Positions 13,368-22,500 of a DNA stretch of 34,745 nucleotides are shown here, one piece after another (the first letter of the stretch is position 1; each line of letters starts with the position of its first letter). This stretch comes from a virus. The stretch lies in IMG/VR virus record IMGVR_UViG_3300023210_000004. One strand, 5' to 3'. Under the pieces are notes generated by a model. The model ran no database searches, had not been told where the DNA came from, and saw only the letters and a program-made list of their open reading frames with translations. The translations under genes were made by a program, and so were the position numbers.

Positions 13368-14792
13368 ATGAATCAAGACCGCAAATATGAGCGTTCTCCT
13401 AAACATATGAGAGCACTTTCACCACGATTCACCACCAAGGGTATTACAGGAACTCAAATAAGCGGTGGAGTGATCACAGGTAAAGAGAAGAACGCTTCTC
13501 TCACTGGTTTAAATTGGGTTGAAGAAGCTGAAGAAATGCTTAGAACTGATCCAATAGTTCGCCGATCTTGGCATATGTTGAGACAAACTTTATTAAGTGC
13601 TAGCTGGCGCTTCATGCCTGGCATTGAGAATGATCCTGTCGCTGATGAGCTCGCTCGATATGCAAATGAAGCATTTGGTTTCGATGGTTATAGCGGACAG
13701 ATGACCATGTCTTGGGAAGATCAACTTTGCTATCTATTCGAGTTTATCCCATTGGGTTATCGATACGCTGAAGAGATCTATAAAGTAGGGCCTGACAGCC
13801 AAGGCAAAATCAAAGTGTGGCTTGATAGCTATGCTGACAGAGAACCAAGCGCCCATAGTCGATGGTTGAGCCGAGACAGTCAACGGCTTGATGGTGTTAT
13901 GCAAAACACAGTGGGTACAACTTACACACCCGAACCAATACCAGCCAACAAACTACTACTGTTGACACTCAATAGGACAGGTTCAAACTTTGAAGGTGTC
14001 GGAATGTTGAGGCCTGTTTGGTGGTGGTGGCGAACTAAACAGCGAGTGAGCAACTTAATGTGTGTTGGTCTTGATCGATGGGCCATACCTACTCCAAAAG
14101 TCACAGTGAACCGAAGTGAAGCGGAGGCAATGGGTCTTAGTGATGGCGATATCGACGCTATGGTTGATGATGCCGAGGCGCAAGCTCAAAGCTTTCTCGC
14201 CGCTGAGCAATCTTATCTTGTAGAAAATGCAGCGGTGAAGTTCTCATCTTATGAGACTTCTCCATATCTTTATAGTCAAGGCCCGCTTGACATTATTAAG
14301 CTCGCAGATTCACAGATCGCCGCTTCATTCTTGACTCAGTTTGCAGATCTTGGAAACACTGAGACAGGATCAAGAAGCGTTGGCGAGATACATCTTAGTG
14401 TCTTCAGAAGAGCGGCCATCAATCTATGTGACCTTGTCGCTACTCAAGTGAGCGGAGTTGATAGAAGAGGCGGTGGCACGATAGGCCGTTTGATCCGTTG
14501 GAACTATGGCTTGGTTGATCCATCCAAACTTCCAAAGCTAACACATACAGGTCTTGATACTGATGATCTAGCTGAGTCACTCGGAATGTTACCTGGTCTA
14601 GTTCAAGCGGGGTTACTTACTCCTGATGATGAACTAGAGCGAGCGATAAGAGAACGGCTTGGAGCGGGTGACCTGCCAGAAGATGCTCAACGTTCAGCAC
14701 TTGAGCGGACTAGTTCAATCGGGAGCGGTGGCGCTATGTCTTCATTGACTGAACAACTTATCAAAAGGAGGCGAGCAAATGGCAAAGATTAG
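13368..14792 (+). CDS. Portal protein
   Basis: 474 aa and the first gene of the head module, followed by protease/scaffold, decoration and capsid genes. AAGGGA SD. The assignment is by size and synteny, and Mu-type neighbours suggest a Mu gp29-like portal. Confidence 0.65.
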   Translation: MNQDRKYERSPKHMRALSPRFTTKGITGTQISGGVITGKEKNASLTGLNWVEEAEEMLRTDPIVRRSWHMLRQTLLSASWRFMPGIENDPVADELARYANEAFGFDGYSGQMTMSWEDQLCYLFEFIPLGYRYAEEIYKVGPDSQGKIKVWLDSYADREPSAHSRWLSRDSQRLDGVMQNTVGTTYTPEPIPANKLLLLTLNRTGSNFEGVGMLRPVWWWWRTKQRVSNLMCVGLDRWAIPTPKVTVNRSEAEAMGLSDGDIDAMVDDAEAQAQSFLAAEQSYLVENAAVKFSSYETSPYLYSQGPLDIIKLADSQIAASFLTQFADLGNTETGSRSVGEIHLSVFRRAAINLCDLVATQVSGVDRRGGGTIGRLIRWNYGLVDPSKLPKLTHTGLDTDDLAESLGMLPGLVQAGLLTPDDELERAIRERLGAGDLPEDAQRSALERTSSIGSGGAMSSLTEQLIKRRRANGKD

Positions 14793-16029
14793 AGTTAAGC
14801 GCAAGAAGCAAAAGGCAAAACCACAACCAAAGCCTATGATCAAAAGTCTTAGGGCCTATGGTGAGGCGGTTCAACTTACTTCACTTAATGAGCCATCTTA
14901 TGACATCCCCGAAGGACTAACAGTGGGTAAGTCATTTAAAACTTTGGCCCTTGGTCAAGTGTCATCAAGAATGAGCGGGGATAATATCGGTGATGAGATT
15001 GATGGTGATCTTCTTGAAGAGATGGTCAGAGTCTTTAACACTCGAAAATATAATGATCCTGTCATCATCGATTGGCAACACGCAACTAGTCCTTTTCAAG
15101 GTGGATCGCCAGCGCCGCCCGAAAGCGGAAACGCTCTTGGCTTGATTGTTGATCTTGATATTAGAGAAGACGGACTCTATGCAACTCCCGCCTATAATGA
15201 GCGAGGCCTTGACGTGGTCAAGTCAGCGGGCGGTCTTCTTTGGTCTTCACCTGAGTTTCTCAATGGCGAAGTCTATTCAAGAGATGGCGGATCAAAGATC
15301 GGAAACGCTCAACTTTTAGCAATTACACTTACTCCCCGACCTGCTCAGTCACACGACAAAATCGAGCGGGTTACTTTAAACGAAAGGACAACTTTGATGG
15401 ATAACATTGAAGAGATGCCTGTTGAAGAACTCCGCCAAATGCTTATCGCAAAAGATGCAATGGTGGCAGAACTTGAGCAGAAAATACAAGAGATGACTCT
15501 TGAAGCAGAAGCTTCCATGAATACAGAAGCAGACGACAAAGAAGAGACTGAAGCAATGGCCGAAGACTCGACCGACTCGGACAAAGAAGAAGAAGAGAAA
15601 GAAGAGCTTAAGGCTGAGAAGCTTAGTGAAAAGCTCACTGACTCTATCTTGCTCAGTGAAGTCAAAACACTTCGTGAGAAAGTCGCCAAGATTGAAGCTG
15701 AGAAGGCTGAGATTGAAAAGACAAATGCAGTCAATGCGCTACTCAATGAAGGCAAGATTGCACCAAGTGAGACTAACGTGGCTGGTAAAGCTTACGAGCT
15801 CAAAGATCTTCAAGCTGAGTTTTGGCAAATGTTCAATGAGAGACAAGCCAACAGCGCTGTGCCTCTTGTCGAAGTTGGTCATGGCGCAAGCGGTGAAGAG
15901 ATCAATAAGAACAGTCTTGATGAGAAGATTCGTGAGATGTCTCGTGAGAAATCAATCACTTACTCAGAAGCTCTAAACTATTTTCAAAAGAATGAAACTG
16001 ACTACTACACCAAGGCAATGGAGAAATAA
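14779..16029 (+). CDS. Head maturation protease / scaffold fusion (Mu gpI-like N-terminal domain, acidic coiled-coil C-terminal half)
   Basis: The VIIDWQHATS segment resembles the conserved DxxH block of Mu-like prophage protein I. The C-terminal half is Glu/Lys-rich coiled coil (EAEKAEIEK...). An internal in-frame ATG at 15397 has AAAGGA upstream. Confidence 0.55.
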   Translation: MAKIRVKRKKQKAKPQPKPMIKSLRAYGEAVQLTSLNEPSYDIPEGLTVGKSFKTLALGQVSSRMSGDNIGDEIDGDLLEEMVRVFNTRKYNDPVIIDWQHATSPFQGGSPAPPESGNALGLIVDLDIREDGLYATPAYNERGLDVVKSAGGLLWSSPEFLNGEVYSRDGGSKIGNAQLLAITLTPRPAQSHDKIERVTLNERTTLMDNIEEMPVEELRQMLIAKDAMVAELEQKIQEMTLEAEASMNTEADDKEETEAMAEDSTDSDKEEEEKEELKAEKLSEKLTDSILLSEVKTLREKVAKIEAEKAEIEKTNAVNALLNEGKIAPSETNVAGKAYELKDLQAEFWQMFNERQANSAVPLVEVGHGASGEEINKNSLDEKIREMSREKSITYSEALNYFQKNETDYYTKAMEK

Positions 16030-16031
16030 TC

Positions 16032-16421
16032 ATGCCATTAAATAATACGATTCAAACATTCATTGCAGGCGGTGCAATCACTGAGTTTGCTCTAGTGTCC
16101 CAAGATGCGGCGGGCAAAGTACAAATTACAGCTGTTGGAACTGATAAAGCTTGCGTGGGTATTGCTCAAAGAGCAGTTGCTTCGGGTGACGCTGTTGAAG
16201 TTGTGACCGCTGGATTAAGCAAAGTAATCGCTGGCGGTGCAATCACAGCGGCAACCGATCCAAGATTAAAAGCTGTCACAGGCACTACTGGCAAAGTTGA
16301 GACAGTTGCAACTGGTGACTTTGCAGTTTGTCGCATGATCTCAAACACTAATCAATTTACCGCCGCAGACGGTGACCAGATCTTGGTTATGTTTGTTGGC
16401 CCGACCGTTGTAGAACCTTAA
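16032..16421 (+). CDS. Head decoration / capsid cement protein (DUF2190-like)
   Basis: 129 aa, Gly/Ala/Val-rich, with repeated AGGAIT and GDAVEVV-type strands. It lies directly upstream of the major capsid gene, as D does relative to E in lambda. Confidence 0.6.
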   Translation: MPLNNTIQTFIAGGAITEFALVSQDAAGKVQITAVGTDKACVGIAQRAVASGDAVEVVTAGLSKVIAGGAITAATDPRLKAVTGTTGKVETVATGDFAVCRMISNTNQFTAADGDQILVMFVGPTVVEP

Positions 16422-16432
16422 GGAGATAAACC

Positions 16433-17434
16433 ATGGCTTCATCATATAGCAATCTACATCCAGTAGACGAAATCTTAACTAGTCTTGTAGGCGAGGCAGT
16501 CCCTAGCGACAACCAATTAATCGCTGATAAGGTCTTTGAAAACATCACGATTCCTCAAAGAAGTGGAACTCTTTTACTAGAGGAGTCACGAAACTTTACA
16601 GGAGCGGCGGCAGGCCTTGACATTCAAAGAGCACCAGGCGCTTCTCGCGTGACAATTGGTGGTTTTGATCGCTCAAGTCAAACATACATGGCTCATCCGT
16701 ACGGTGTTCGAGAAGCAATCGCCATGCTAGACATCCGAGATAGTCAATATCCTGGCAGTGAAGAGGCTCGTATGGCCAAGAAGATCGCAAGAGCGGTTAA
16801 GCTTGCACGAGAGAAACGAGCAGCTGATCTTCTATTTGGGACAACTAATTTCTCAGACAGTAATTGTACCGCTGAATTTGGCGGCAAATGGAATGTTGCT
16901 GGGGCTGAACCTTTGTCTGATTTGCATGAGCTTAAAGATACGGTCTTTGCTGCCGCTCATGGTATCAATCCTGACTCTTTAGTGATGGGTCGTGAAGTGT
17001 TTCGCCAGCTTGCTCGCAATCCCGAGGTGCGTGGGTATGTTGGAAGCTCATCGGCAGGTATCGCAAGCGGTAATCGCATCTTAAATGATGAGGCGGTTCT
17101 TGAGGTGCTTCGTGATGTTCTTGGTATTCCAAATGTCTATGTTGGACAAGCTCGACAAGATACCGCCGTCCCAGGTGCGACCGCTAATGAAAGTTACATT
17201 TGGACAGGTGACAGCTTGTTCATGGGTATCCTTCATGGATCGGATGCTATTGTACAAAAGAGCGGTAATGTCAAAGGAATGCCAGTGGCGGCTCTTAATC
17301 TTCAATATCAGCCAATTGAATCGGGCCAATGGGACTCTAATGACGGTATAAGAAGATATGTATGGGCGGAGGAAATTAACGTATTCCATGCCGTTGATTC
17401 AACACTAGGCTACATCATCACAGACTGTCTATAA
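16433..17434 (+). CDS. Major capsid protein (HK97 fold, lambda gpE-like size class)
   Basis: 333 aa, the strongest SD in the module (TAAGGAG), and a position after the scaffold and decoration genes. Confidence 0.75.
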   Translation: MASSYSNLHPVDEILTSLVGEAVPSDNQLIADKVFENITIPQRSGTLLLEESRNFTGAAAGLDIQRAPGASRVTIGGFDRSSQTYMAHPYGVREAIAMLDIRDSQYPGSEEARMAKKIARAVKLAREKRAADLLFGTTNFSDSNCTAEFGGKWNVAGAEPLSDLHELKDTVFAAAHGINPDSLVMGREVFRQLARNPEVRGYVGSSSAGIASGNRILNDEAVLEVLRDVLGIPNVYVGQARQDTAVPGATANESYIWTGDSLFMGILHGSDAIVQKSGNVKGMPVAALNLQYQPIESGQWDSNDGIRRYVWAEEINVFHAVDSTLGYIITDCL

Positions 17435-17435
17435 G

Positions 17436-18347
17436 ATGAATTGTCAATGTGGCCAAGCTCTTCTCTTAGCTGAGAAAGACGCTGATAAGGAAGCGATTGA
17501 AGACTTGACTAGACAAGCCAAGTCTCAAAGCGGGCCTATGGCCACATTAACAAGAGCAAGACGTGACCAACTTAAAGCTGAAGTCTCAGCAGAGACAGCA
17601 TTTAAGAAAACAATTAAAGCCGCTAACTCTTCACTATTGAAGACCATTAAAGCGGCCTCACAATCTGCACTCATTTGGTCAATCCAAAGTTACGATGATG
17701 AGCAGTTGGTTAAGTTTATTTTAGAGAGTGGATATGGACTTGCAGTTGATGAGTACATAGACCAAGCTGATAAAATAAGACAAACAGTCAAGCGAACATT
17801 TGAAGCGATTGATCCTGACTTTGACTTTGGTGAAGTTGGCAATCAACTTGATGCTATACAGTCAGTTAGTGCACAAGCTGTATTTGATGAAGTGATCTTG
17901 CCTGATGTCAAGCAAAGCATCAATCAAGGTGTTCGAGACTTGATGGCTGATGTACCTATTGAAATAGTAGTCAGCAATTTACAAACTAGGCTTGAAAGAT
18001 CAGAAGGCCGACAGCTCACCGAAGTCAAAACAAGAATATCTCAATTTGGAAGAGGTATCACCTCAGCGACAGCCGAGGCGGCGGGCCTTGATCACTATCT
18101 ATACACAGGCCCAAAAGATGGAATCACTCGGCCATTCTGTCGAGCATTGATAAGCTTAGTGGTAGATCAAAAGCAAATGAACAAGCTCAATAATGGGCAA
18201 GGATTAGCGGTGATCACTGGAGGCGGTGGCTATAACTGTCGACATTCTTGGAGTCCTGTGACTGAAGGATTCATGGAGGCCGCTCAACTAACCAAGGCCA
18301 CTCAGTCAGACATAAGCAAGGCAAACAGAGGAGCAAAGCGCAAATGA
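17436..18347 (+). CDS. Minor head protein, Mu gpF / SPP1 gp7 family
   Basis: C-terminal signature DGITRPFCRAL...GGGGYNCRHSW matches the conserved D..tR..C ... h.nCRc motif of that family. Confidence 0.65.
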   Translation: MNCQCGQALLLAEKDADKEAIEDLTRQAKSQSGPMATLTRARRDQLKAEVSAETAFKKTIKAANSSLLKTIKAASQSALIWSIQSYDDEQLVKFILESGYGLAVDEYIDQADKIRQTVKRTFEAIDPDFDFGEVGNQLDAIQSVSAQAVFDEVILPDVKQSINQGVRDLMADVPIEIVVSNLQTRLERSEGRQLTEVKTRISQFGRGITSATAEAAGLDHYLYTGPKDGITRPFCRALISLVVDQKQMNKLNNGQGLAVITGGGGYNCRHSWSPVTEGFMEAAQLTKATQSDISKANRGAKRK

Positions 18348-19300
18348 GAAAAGCAATCACAGGCCAAGATTATTTGTTTGAGTGGAGTGCACCAAGTCCT
18401 CTAAGCGCTGATCCAACTTTAGAAGTAACAGGCGGAGCGGGTGCATATAATGTCACCATGACTCAAAGCCGAAGTGATGTGACAGTTTCTTCAATCGCTA
18501 CTGACAGAAGAACATTGACACTTAATGCAAGTACTACCGCTCTTCATAGAGATCAAGCCAAAGCAAGCTTAGTCACTAATGGTGATACATGGTTCTCAGT
18601 CACCATCTCAAGAGTAGTTGGCACAACTGCGATACTAGCCGAGCCTTTACCGAGAGAGATTGACTTGAGTACTTCAGCTACTCTTGTATTCTCGATGTAT
18701 TATGCAACTGTCACAAGTGTCTTAGTGGCAGGCGTTAATGGATATTACCCATATACAATTACATTCTCCGCTGATCTTGGAAGTCAAAACCATATCAAGC
18801 TAGAGAAGGGCCTAATCAAAGTTACGCCAAGACCTTTTGACACTGGCCTTGATCATGATGAGTTAGTTGGTACATTTGCCAATCTAGCCGACATGATTCC
18901 AAGGAGACAAAGTGACTTCAAAGCACAGATCAAAGCTAGTCTTGAAGAGATCGCTTTATATATTAGAGACAAAGTAAGCGCTAATAGTATCACTGAAGAT
19001 GAAGTCTTTAATGCTGAGACTTTTAAGCTTGCTCATATGTATTGTGCAGCCGCTAGAATCTATGAGTTAAGTCTTCAGCTTGATACAGCTGACACTATGA
19101 GAAACCGTTGTCATGAGCTTCTTGATAGTGCTTTGTCAGGAGTCGCTTTGGACTTGGATGGTGATGGCATAGTTGATGCAGGAGAGGAGAACTTGAGCAA
19201 GATTGGCGGATCAAGTCGCGACTTTCGAGCTAGTTGGAGAACTTATAGCAAGAGCGCAAATGATTCTTTCTTCACTCCTGCGAGAGGCATGAGGCACTAA
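18344..19300 (+). CDS. Putative head-tail connector / head completion protein
   Basis: Position only, between the head and tail modules. Overlapping ATGA start. Confidence 0.3.
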   Translation: MRKAITGQDYLFEWSAPSPLSADPTLEVTGGAGAYNVTMTQSRSDVTVSSIATDRRTLTLNASTTALHRDQAKASLVTNGDTWFSVTISRVVGTTAILAEPLPREIDLSTSATLVFSMYYATVTSVLVAGVNGYYPYTITFSADLGSQNHIKLEKGLIKVTPRPFDTGLDHDELVGTFANLADMIPRRQSDFKAQIKASLEEIALYIRDKVSANSITEDEVFNAETFKLAHMYCAAARIYELSLQLDTADTMRNRCHELLDSALSGVALDLDGDGIVDAGEENLSKIGGSSRDFRASWRTYSKSANDSFFTPARGMRH

Positions 19301-19302
19301 CA

Positions 19303-19806
19303 ATGGCGGCCAATGTTAAACTTAATCTACCGAGAAGCTTATGGACGGCCAAGGATAGCGCTCGCCTTGCTTCCAATACGCTTGCACAGATTAAGATTAG
19401 AACCGGCAAAGGCGTTGATGCAAATGGCCAACTGTTTAAAGACTACTCGACTAGTCCTATATACGTTCCACTCAAAGGTGCTCGATTAAAACCAAAGGGC
19501 GGTCGCAAGTCTCGAACTAAGAAAAGCATTTATTACGCTAAAGGTTATGCACAGTATAAAGAAGAGAGTAGGAAAAGAGGTGGCGGTGGTGAGTCTGCAA
19601 GCGTTGACCTGGTGCTTAGTGGAAATATGCTGAATAACTTTGTAGTAAAAGAGGCGACAGCCAACGGCTTCAAGATTGGCTTAACTGAACACGCTCAATA
19701 TGGATATGAGGTCAATGAATATCGGGAGTTCATAGGACTCACCCAAGGTGAAATTGATATACTAGTCAAGAGCGTTCAGATTGATCTAAGGAATAAACTC
19801 AAATGA
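19303..19806 (+). CDS. Putative virion morphogenesis / head-tail joining protein (Mu gpG or HK97 gp10-like pattern)
   Basis: QIKIRTGKGVDANGQLFKDYS ... VDLVLSGNMLNNF resembles the r..G.d..G..f..Ys ... L..sG.L motif pattern. Synteny supports it. Confidence 0.4.
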   Translation: MAANVKLNLPRSLWTAKDSARLASNTLAQIKIRTGKGVDANGQLFKDYSTSPIYVPLKGARLKPKGGRKSRTKKSIYYAKGYAQYKEESRKRGGGGESASVDLVLSGNMLNNFVVKEATANGFKIGLTEHAQYGYEVNEYREFIGLTQGEIDILVKSVQIDLRNKLK

Positions 19807-20267
19807 GCCAAGGTACTTTCAAAGCACTTGAATATTTAGAAGACCTAGTCCAAGGAATCACGCCAAAGACAGACGCTCATCATGGTTTTGTTGCTGTCAA
19901 TCGTGGCGGTGGTTTAACAGTCCGACTTGATGACCGTCCAAACTCAACACGCTACTTTGAGTTAAGGGTTGATGGACTTGCTCAAGATGATGGTATGGCA
20001 GGGTTAAGCGGTCGCAAGCGAGCAAGGATACTTTGTCGAGTGAAGTACGATATCCCCCAAGATGATGGCTTCCTTTTGCGCTTAATGAATGAAGACTGCT
20101 CGAATCTTATCAACACTCTCAAAGGGCCACAATATTCGCTAGTTACCACTGGCATAGTAAGCTTGATTCCAGGTCAAGCAAGCATTGAATCAATCCTTGA
20201 TTCTCAGGGTGATAGGCTTGGCTTTGTGCTAATCCTTCCCTTTGATCTTTTATATTTGGAGGCTTAA
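19803..20267 (+). CDS. Putative tail terminator / neck protein
   Basis: Position immediately upstream of the major tail gene. Overlapping ATGA start. Confidence 0.3.
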   Translation: MSQGTFKALEYLEDLVQGITPKTDAHHGFVAVNRGGGLTVRLDDRPNSTRYFELRVDGLAQDDGMAGLSGRKRARILCRVKYDIPQDDGFLLRLMNEDCSNLINTLKGPQYSLVTTGIVSLIPGQASIESILDSQGDRLGFVLILPFDLLYLEA

Positions 20268-20268
20268 A

Positions 20269-21564
20269 ATGGCTGTTACACATCGATCACTTTCTATTGC
20301 TACTGAGTCAAGCTTTGGTAGTCTTGACGCTTCAACAGGCCTACCAGCTCAAAGCGGTTTGTCTTTCACTTCTATCCCTTGCGAGCGTGACCCCATTGTC
20401 ATCGCTGGCGAACCTATTGTGAGCGAGCGCAATGATGCAAGAGACGGCTCTTACTTTGTACCAAGTGAGCCCGATACTGTTTGGAGTGGTGGAAGTCGAG
20501 TGAGAAGACGTACAGGTCAAATCGTTTGTCGAGTTGACTTAACCACCGTTGGATCTGCAAGCGCTGATTATTCAGCCAACTATCTTGGTCGTCTTCTTGG
20601 AGCTGGCTTCAAAACCAAGATTCCAAGTGTGGCCAGTGATACAGTCACAGCGGTCAATGTTAATTCATACACTCCAGCAAGCGGGCCCGCCATTGCTGAC
20701 ATTGGGACTTTAATAAGTACAACGCTCAACGGTCGAGCGGAATACAGCGCAATGACTGACAATGATGATGGTGGTGATGTTAAGATCTCGCCTGCTCTAA
20801 GCGCTACAGGTTACACGGCGGTAAGAGGCCTTCAAACCTGGTACACTCCAAGCCGAACTTTAACAGGTGACTTTGAAAGTTCCGTTGCTTTTAGGATTGA
20901 AGGCGTTGACTTCTTAACTATGGCTTATGGTTGCGTTCTTGAGTCTATGAATATCACTCTCGACAATGGTCGATTAATGGCAGAGTTCACCTATCAAGCG
21001 GCTTATATTACCGATGATCACGCAAGCGCAACAGGGCCAGTTGAGCCCGCCTACAATAGCGGAGCAGCTCCATTGTTTAGAGGTGCTTATGTCGTGGTTA
21101 GTTCAACCGCTCCATCAAGCTTAACAAATGCAACTTCAGCTGATGCACTTGGCCGAATCGATCTTGATGCTGAAGACTTTAGTTTGACATACACTAACAC
21201 GCTCACGCCTTTGAGCCATTCAAACTCCATCCTTGCCATGTCGGGAATGGAGATTAGTGATGTGAGTGTAGAGTTGAGCCTGACTCTTTCGACTGTTAAC
21301 ACTACCATTAAAGATGACTTCTTTAATCGCTTAGTTCGCCAAGTCTTAGTTGGGACAGGCCCTCAAGGAGATGGTCAAGGTTGTGCAATTATGTTGCCCG
21401 CTGGTATGTTAACCGTTGATCCTAACGTGTATGATGTGAGTGGTAATGATATTGTAAGACAGCAATTGACCTATCAGCAATCACGATACGCTGGTGACTT
21501 CTCAACACTAGCTTATGAAGCAAACGCTGGTAACTCTCCCTTTAGAATTGGCTTAGGAATCTGA
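20269..21564 (+). CDS. Putative major tail (tube) protein
   Basis: This is the canonical slot immediately upstream of the G/GT chaperone pair and the tape measure. GGAGG lies 6 nt upstream of ATG 20269. The ORF track start at 20242 overlaps the previous gene and lacks an SD. Confidence 0.55.
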   Translation: MAVTHRSLSIATESSFGSLDASTGLPAQSGLSFTSIPCERDPIVIAGEPIVSERNDARDGSYFVPSEPDTVWSGGSRVRRRTGQIVCRVDLTTVGSASADYSANYLGRLLGAGFKTKIPSVASDTVTAVNVNSYTPASGPAIADIGTLISTTLNGRAEYSAMTDNDDGGDVKISPALSATGYTAVRGLQTWYTPSRTLTGDFESSVAFRIEGVDFLTMAYGCVLESMNITLDNGRLMAEFTYQAAYITDDHASATGPVEPAYNSGAAPLFRGAYVVVSSTAPSSLTNATSADALGRIDLDAEDFSLTYTNTLTPLSHSNSILAMSGMEISDVSVELSLTLSTVNTTIKDDFFNRLVRQVLVGTGPQGDGQGCAIMLPAGMLTVDPNVYDVSGNDIVRQQLTYQQSRYAGDFSTLAYEANAGNSPFRIGLGI

Positions 21565-21565
21565 A

Positions 21566-22078
21566 ATGGCTTTAAACTTCCTCACATCATCTGAACTATT
21601 TTTAGAAGTGGTAATCACCTGTGACACGTCAATCAAAGCGACTGATAAAGAGAGAACTCAATATCTTTCAAGTGGTGATCTTGATGACCTTGGTGAGATT
21701 GGTGTTGATGCAACTAAGTTCAAACTTAAAGCATTATCACCCGCCGAACGTGAGGAGGCAGAAGTCAAAGCGGGCGCATATACGAGAAGTGAACTTGGTA
21801 GACTCCTATGGGTCGAAGCGCCAAGTGAAACAAAAGAGCGAGCTCGATGGCATCACGCCTTAACAGATGATGAGCGTCAAGCTATGAGCGATTACCAAGC
21901 CTATCTATCAAGAGTATATATTGAGATGGTGAGAGCAAGCTTGACTATGATCAATGATGAAGAGGCCACCGTTGACACTGTTAATAATATCAGACCTGAC
22001 TCTTTTAGGGTTCAAGCGATTAGTGAGCTAGTTATGCATATCCAACGGATAAGCCTTTTGGGCATTGAGGGAAAATAG
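21566..22078 (+). CDS. Tail assembly chaperone (gpG-like, zero-frame product)
   Basis: 170 aa and acidic. It sits between the major tail and tape measure genes and ends in the slippery heptamer G GGA AAA followed by TAG. Confidence 0.75.
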   Translation: MALNFLTSSELFLEVVITCDTSIKATDKERTQYLSSGDLDDLGEIGVDATKFKLKALSPAEREEAEVKAGAYTRSELGRLLWVEAPSETKERARWHHALTDDERQAMSDYQAYLSRVYIEMVRASLTMINDEEATVDTVNNIRPDSFRVQAISELVMHIQRISLLGIEGK

Positions 22079-22500
22079 CACTCGCGTCTTCTGTTTGGCT
22101 TAGTCACTCAAGAGGGCGCGCTTGGTCGTGTGAACAGTGCCAAGCTAAACAAGGACTTAGACGATTAAGAGGTAATTGTGGCGGGGCTTTTATTCGTGGT
22201 CTTCCACAAGTTCAAGAGGATGATCAAGGTTTATATGTACCTGGTTATCGAGTAGCGCCCGACTGTGGAGAAGCGTACTCTGATTATAAGATTAGATCTT
22301 GTCCAGTCGCTTCATCGAATAAACTAGCAAGTATAGTTCAAGCGTATCATCGGCATAGGGCAGGCTTGGCAAAGATAAGCGACACTTACCCTTCTCCATC
22401 CTGTGCATTACTTGAAGCTGTTGATGTGATACACTCTCAAACAGAAGAAGCGCAATATAGAGCGCAAGAGCGAGCAATGAAAGAGGGAAGACATGGCTGA
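21566..22500 (+). CDS. Tail assembly chaperone fusion (gpGT-like) made by a -1 frameshift at 22069..22075. It comprises 21566..22075 joined to 22075..22500.
   Basis: The -1 frame is open for 141 sense codons from 22075 to TGA 22498..22500. This exactly fills the otherwise non-coding 414 nt and overlaps the tape measure ATG (22493). Confidence 0.75.
22069..22075 (+). promoter_or_regulatory. -1 programmed ribosomal frameshift site, slippery heptamer G_GGA_AAA
   Basis: Zero-frame codons are gaG GGA AAA TAG. The X_XXY_YYZ pattern is satisfied (lambda G/GT uses G GGA AAG). Confidence 0.75.

Noticed and set aside
15345-15976. ORFs 15345..15755 (-) and 15626..15976 (+, alternative frame) inside the scaffold gene
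   Set aside because: They are Ser-rich or Arg/Lys-rich shadow frames of a GAA/AAG-rich coiled-coil coding region. They have no independent initiation signals.
22178-22255. GTG-initiated ORF with an AAGAGG SD in the gap between the chaperone and the tape measure
   Set aside because: It terminates after about 25 codons (TAG at 22253..22255). The -1 frame, which is open across the whole gap, is a far better explanation of the region.
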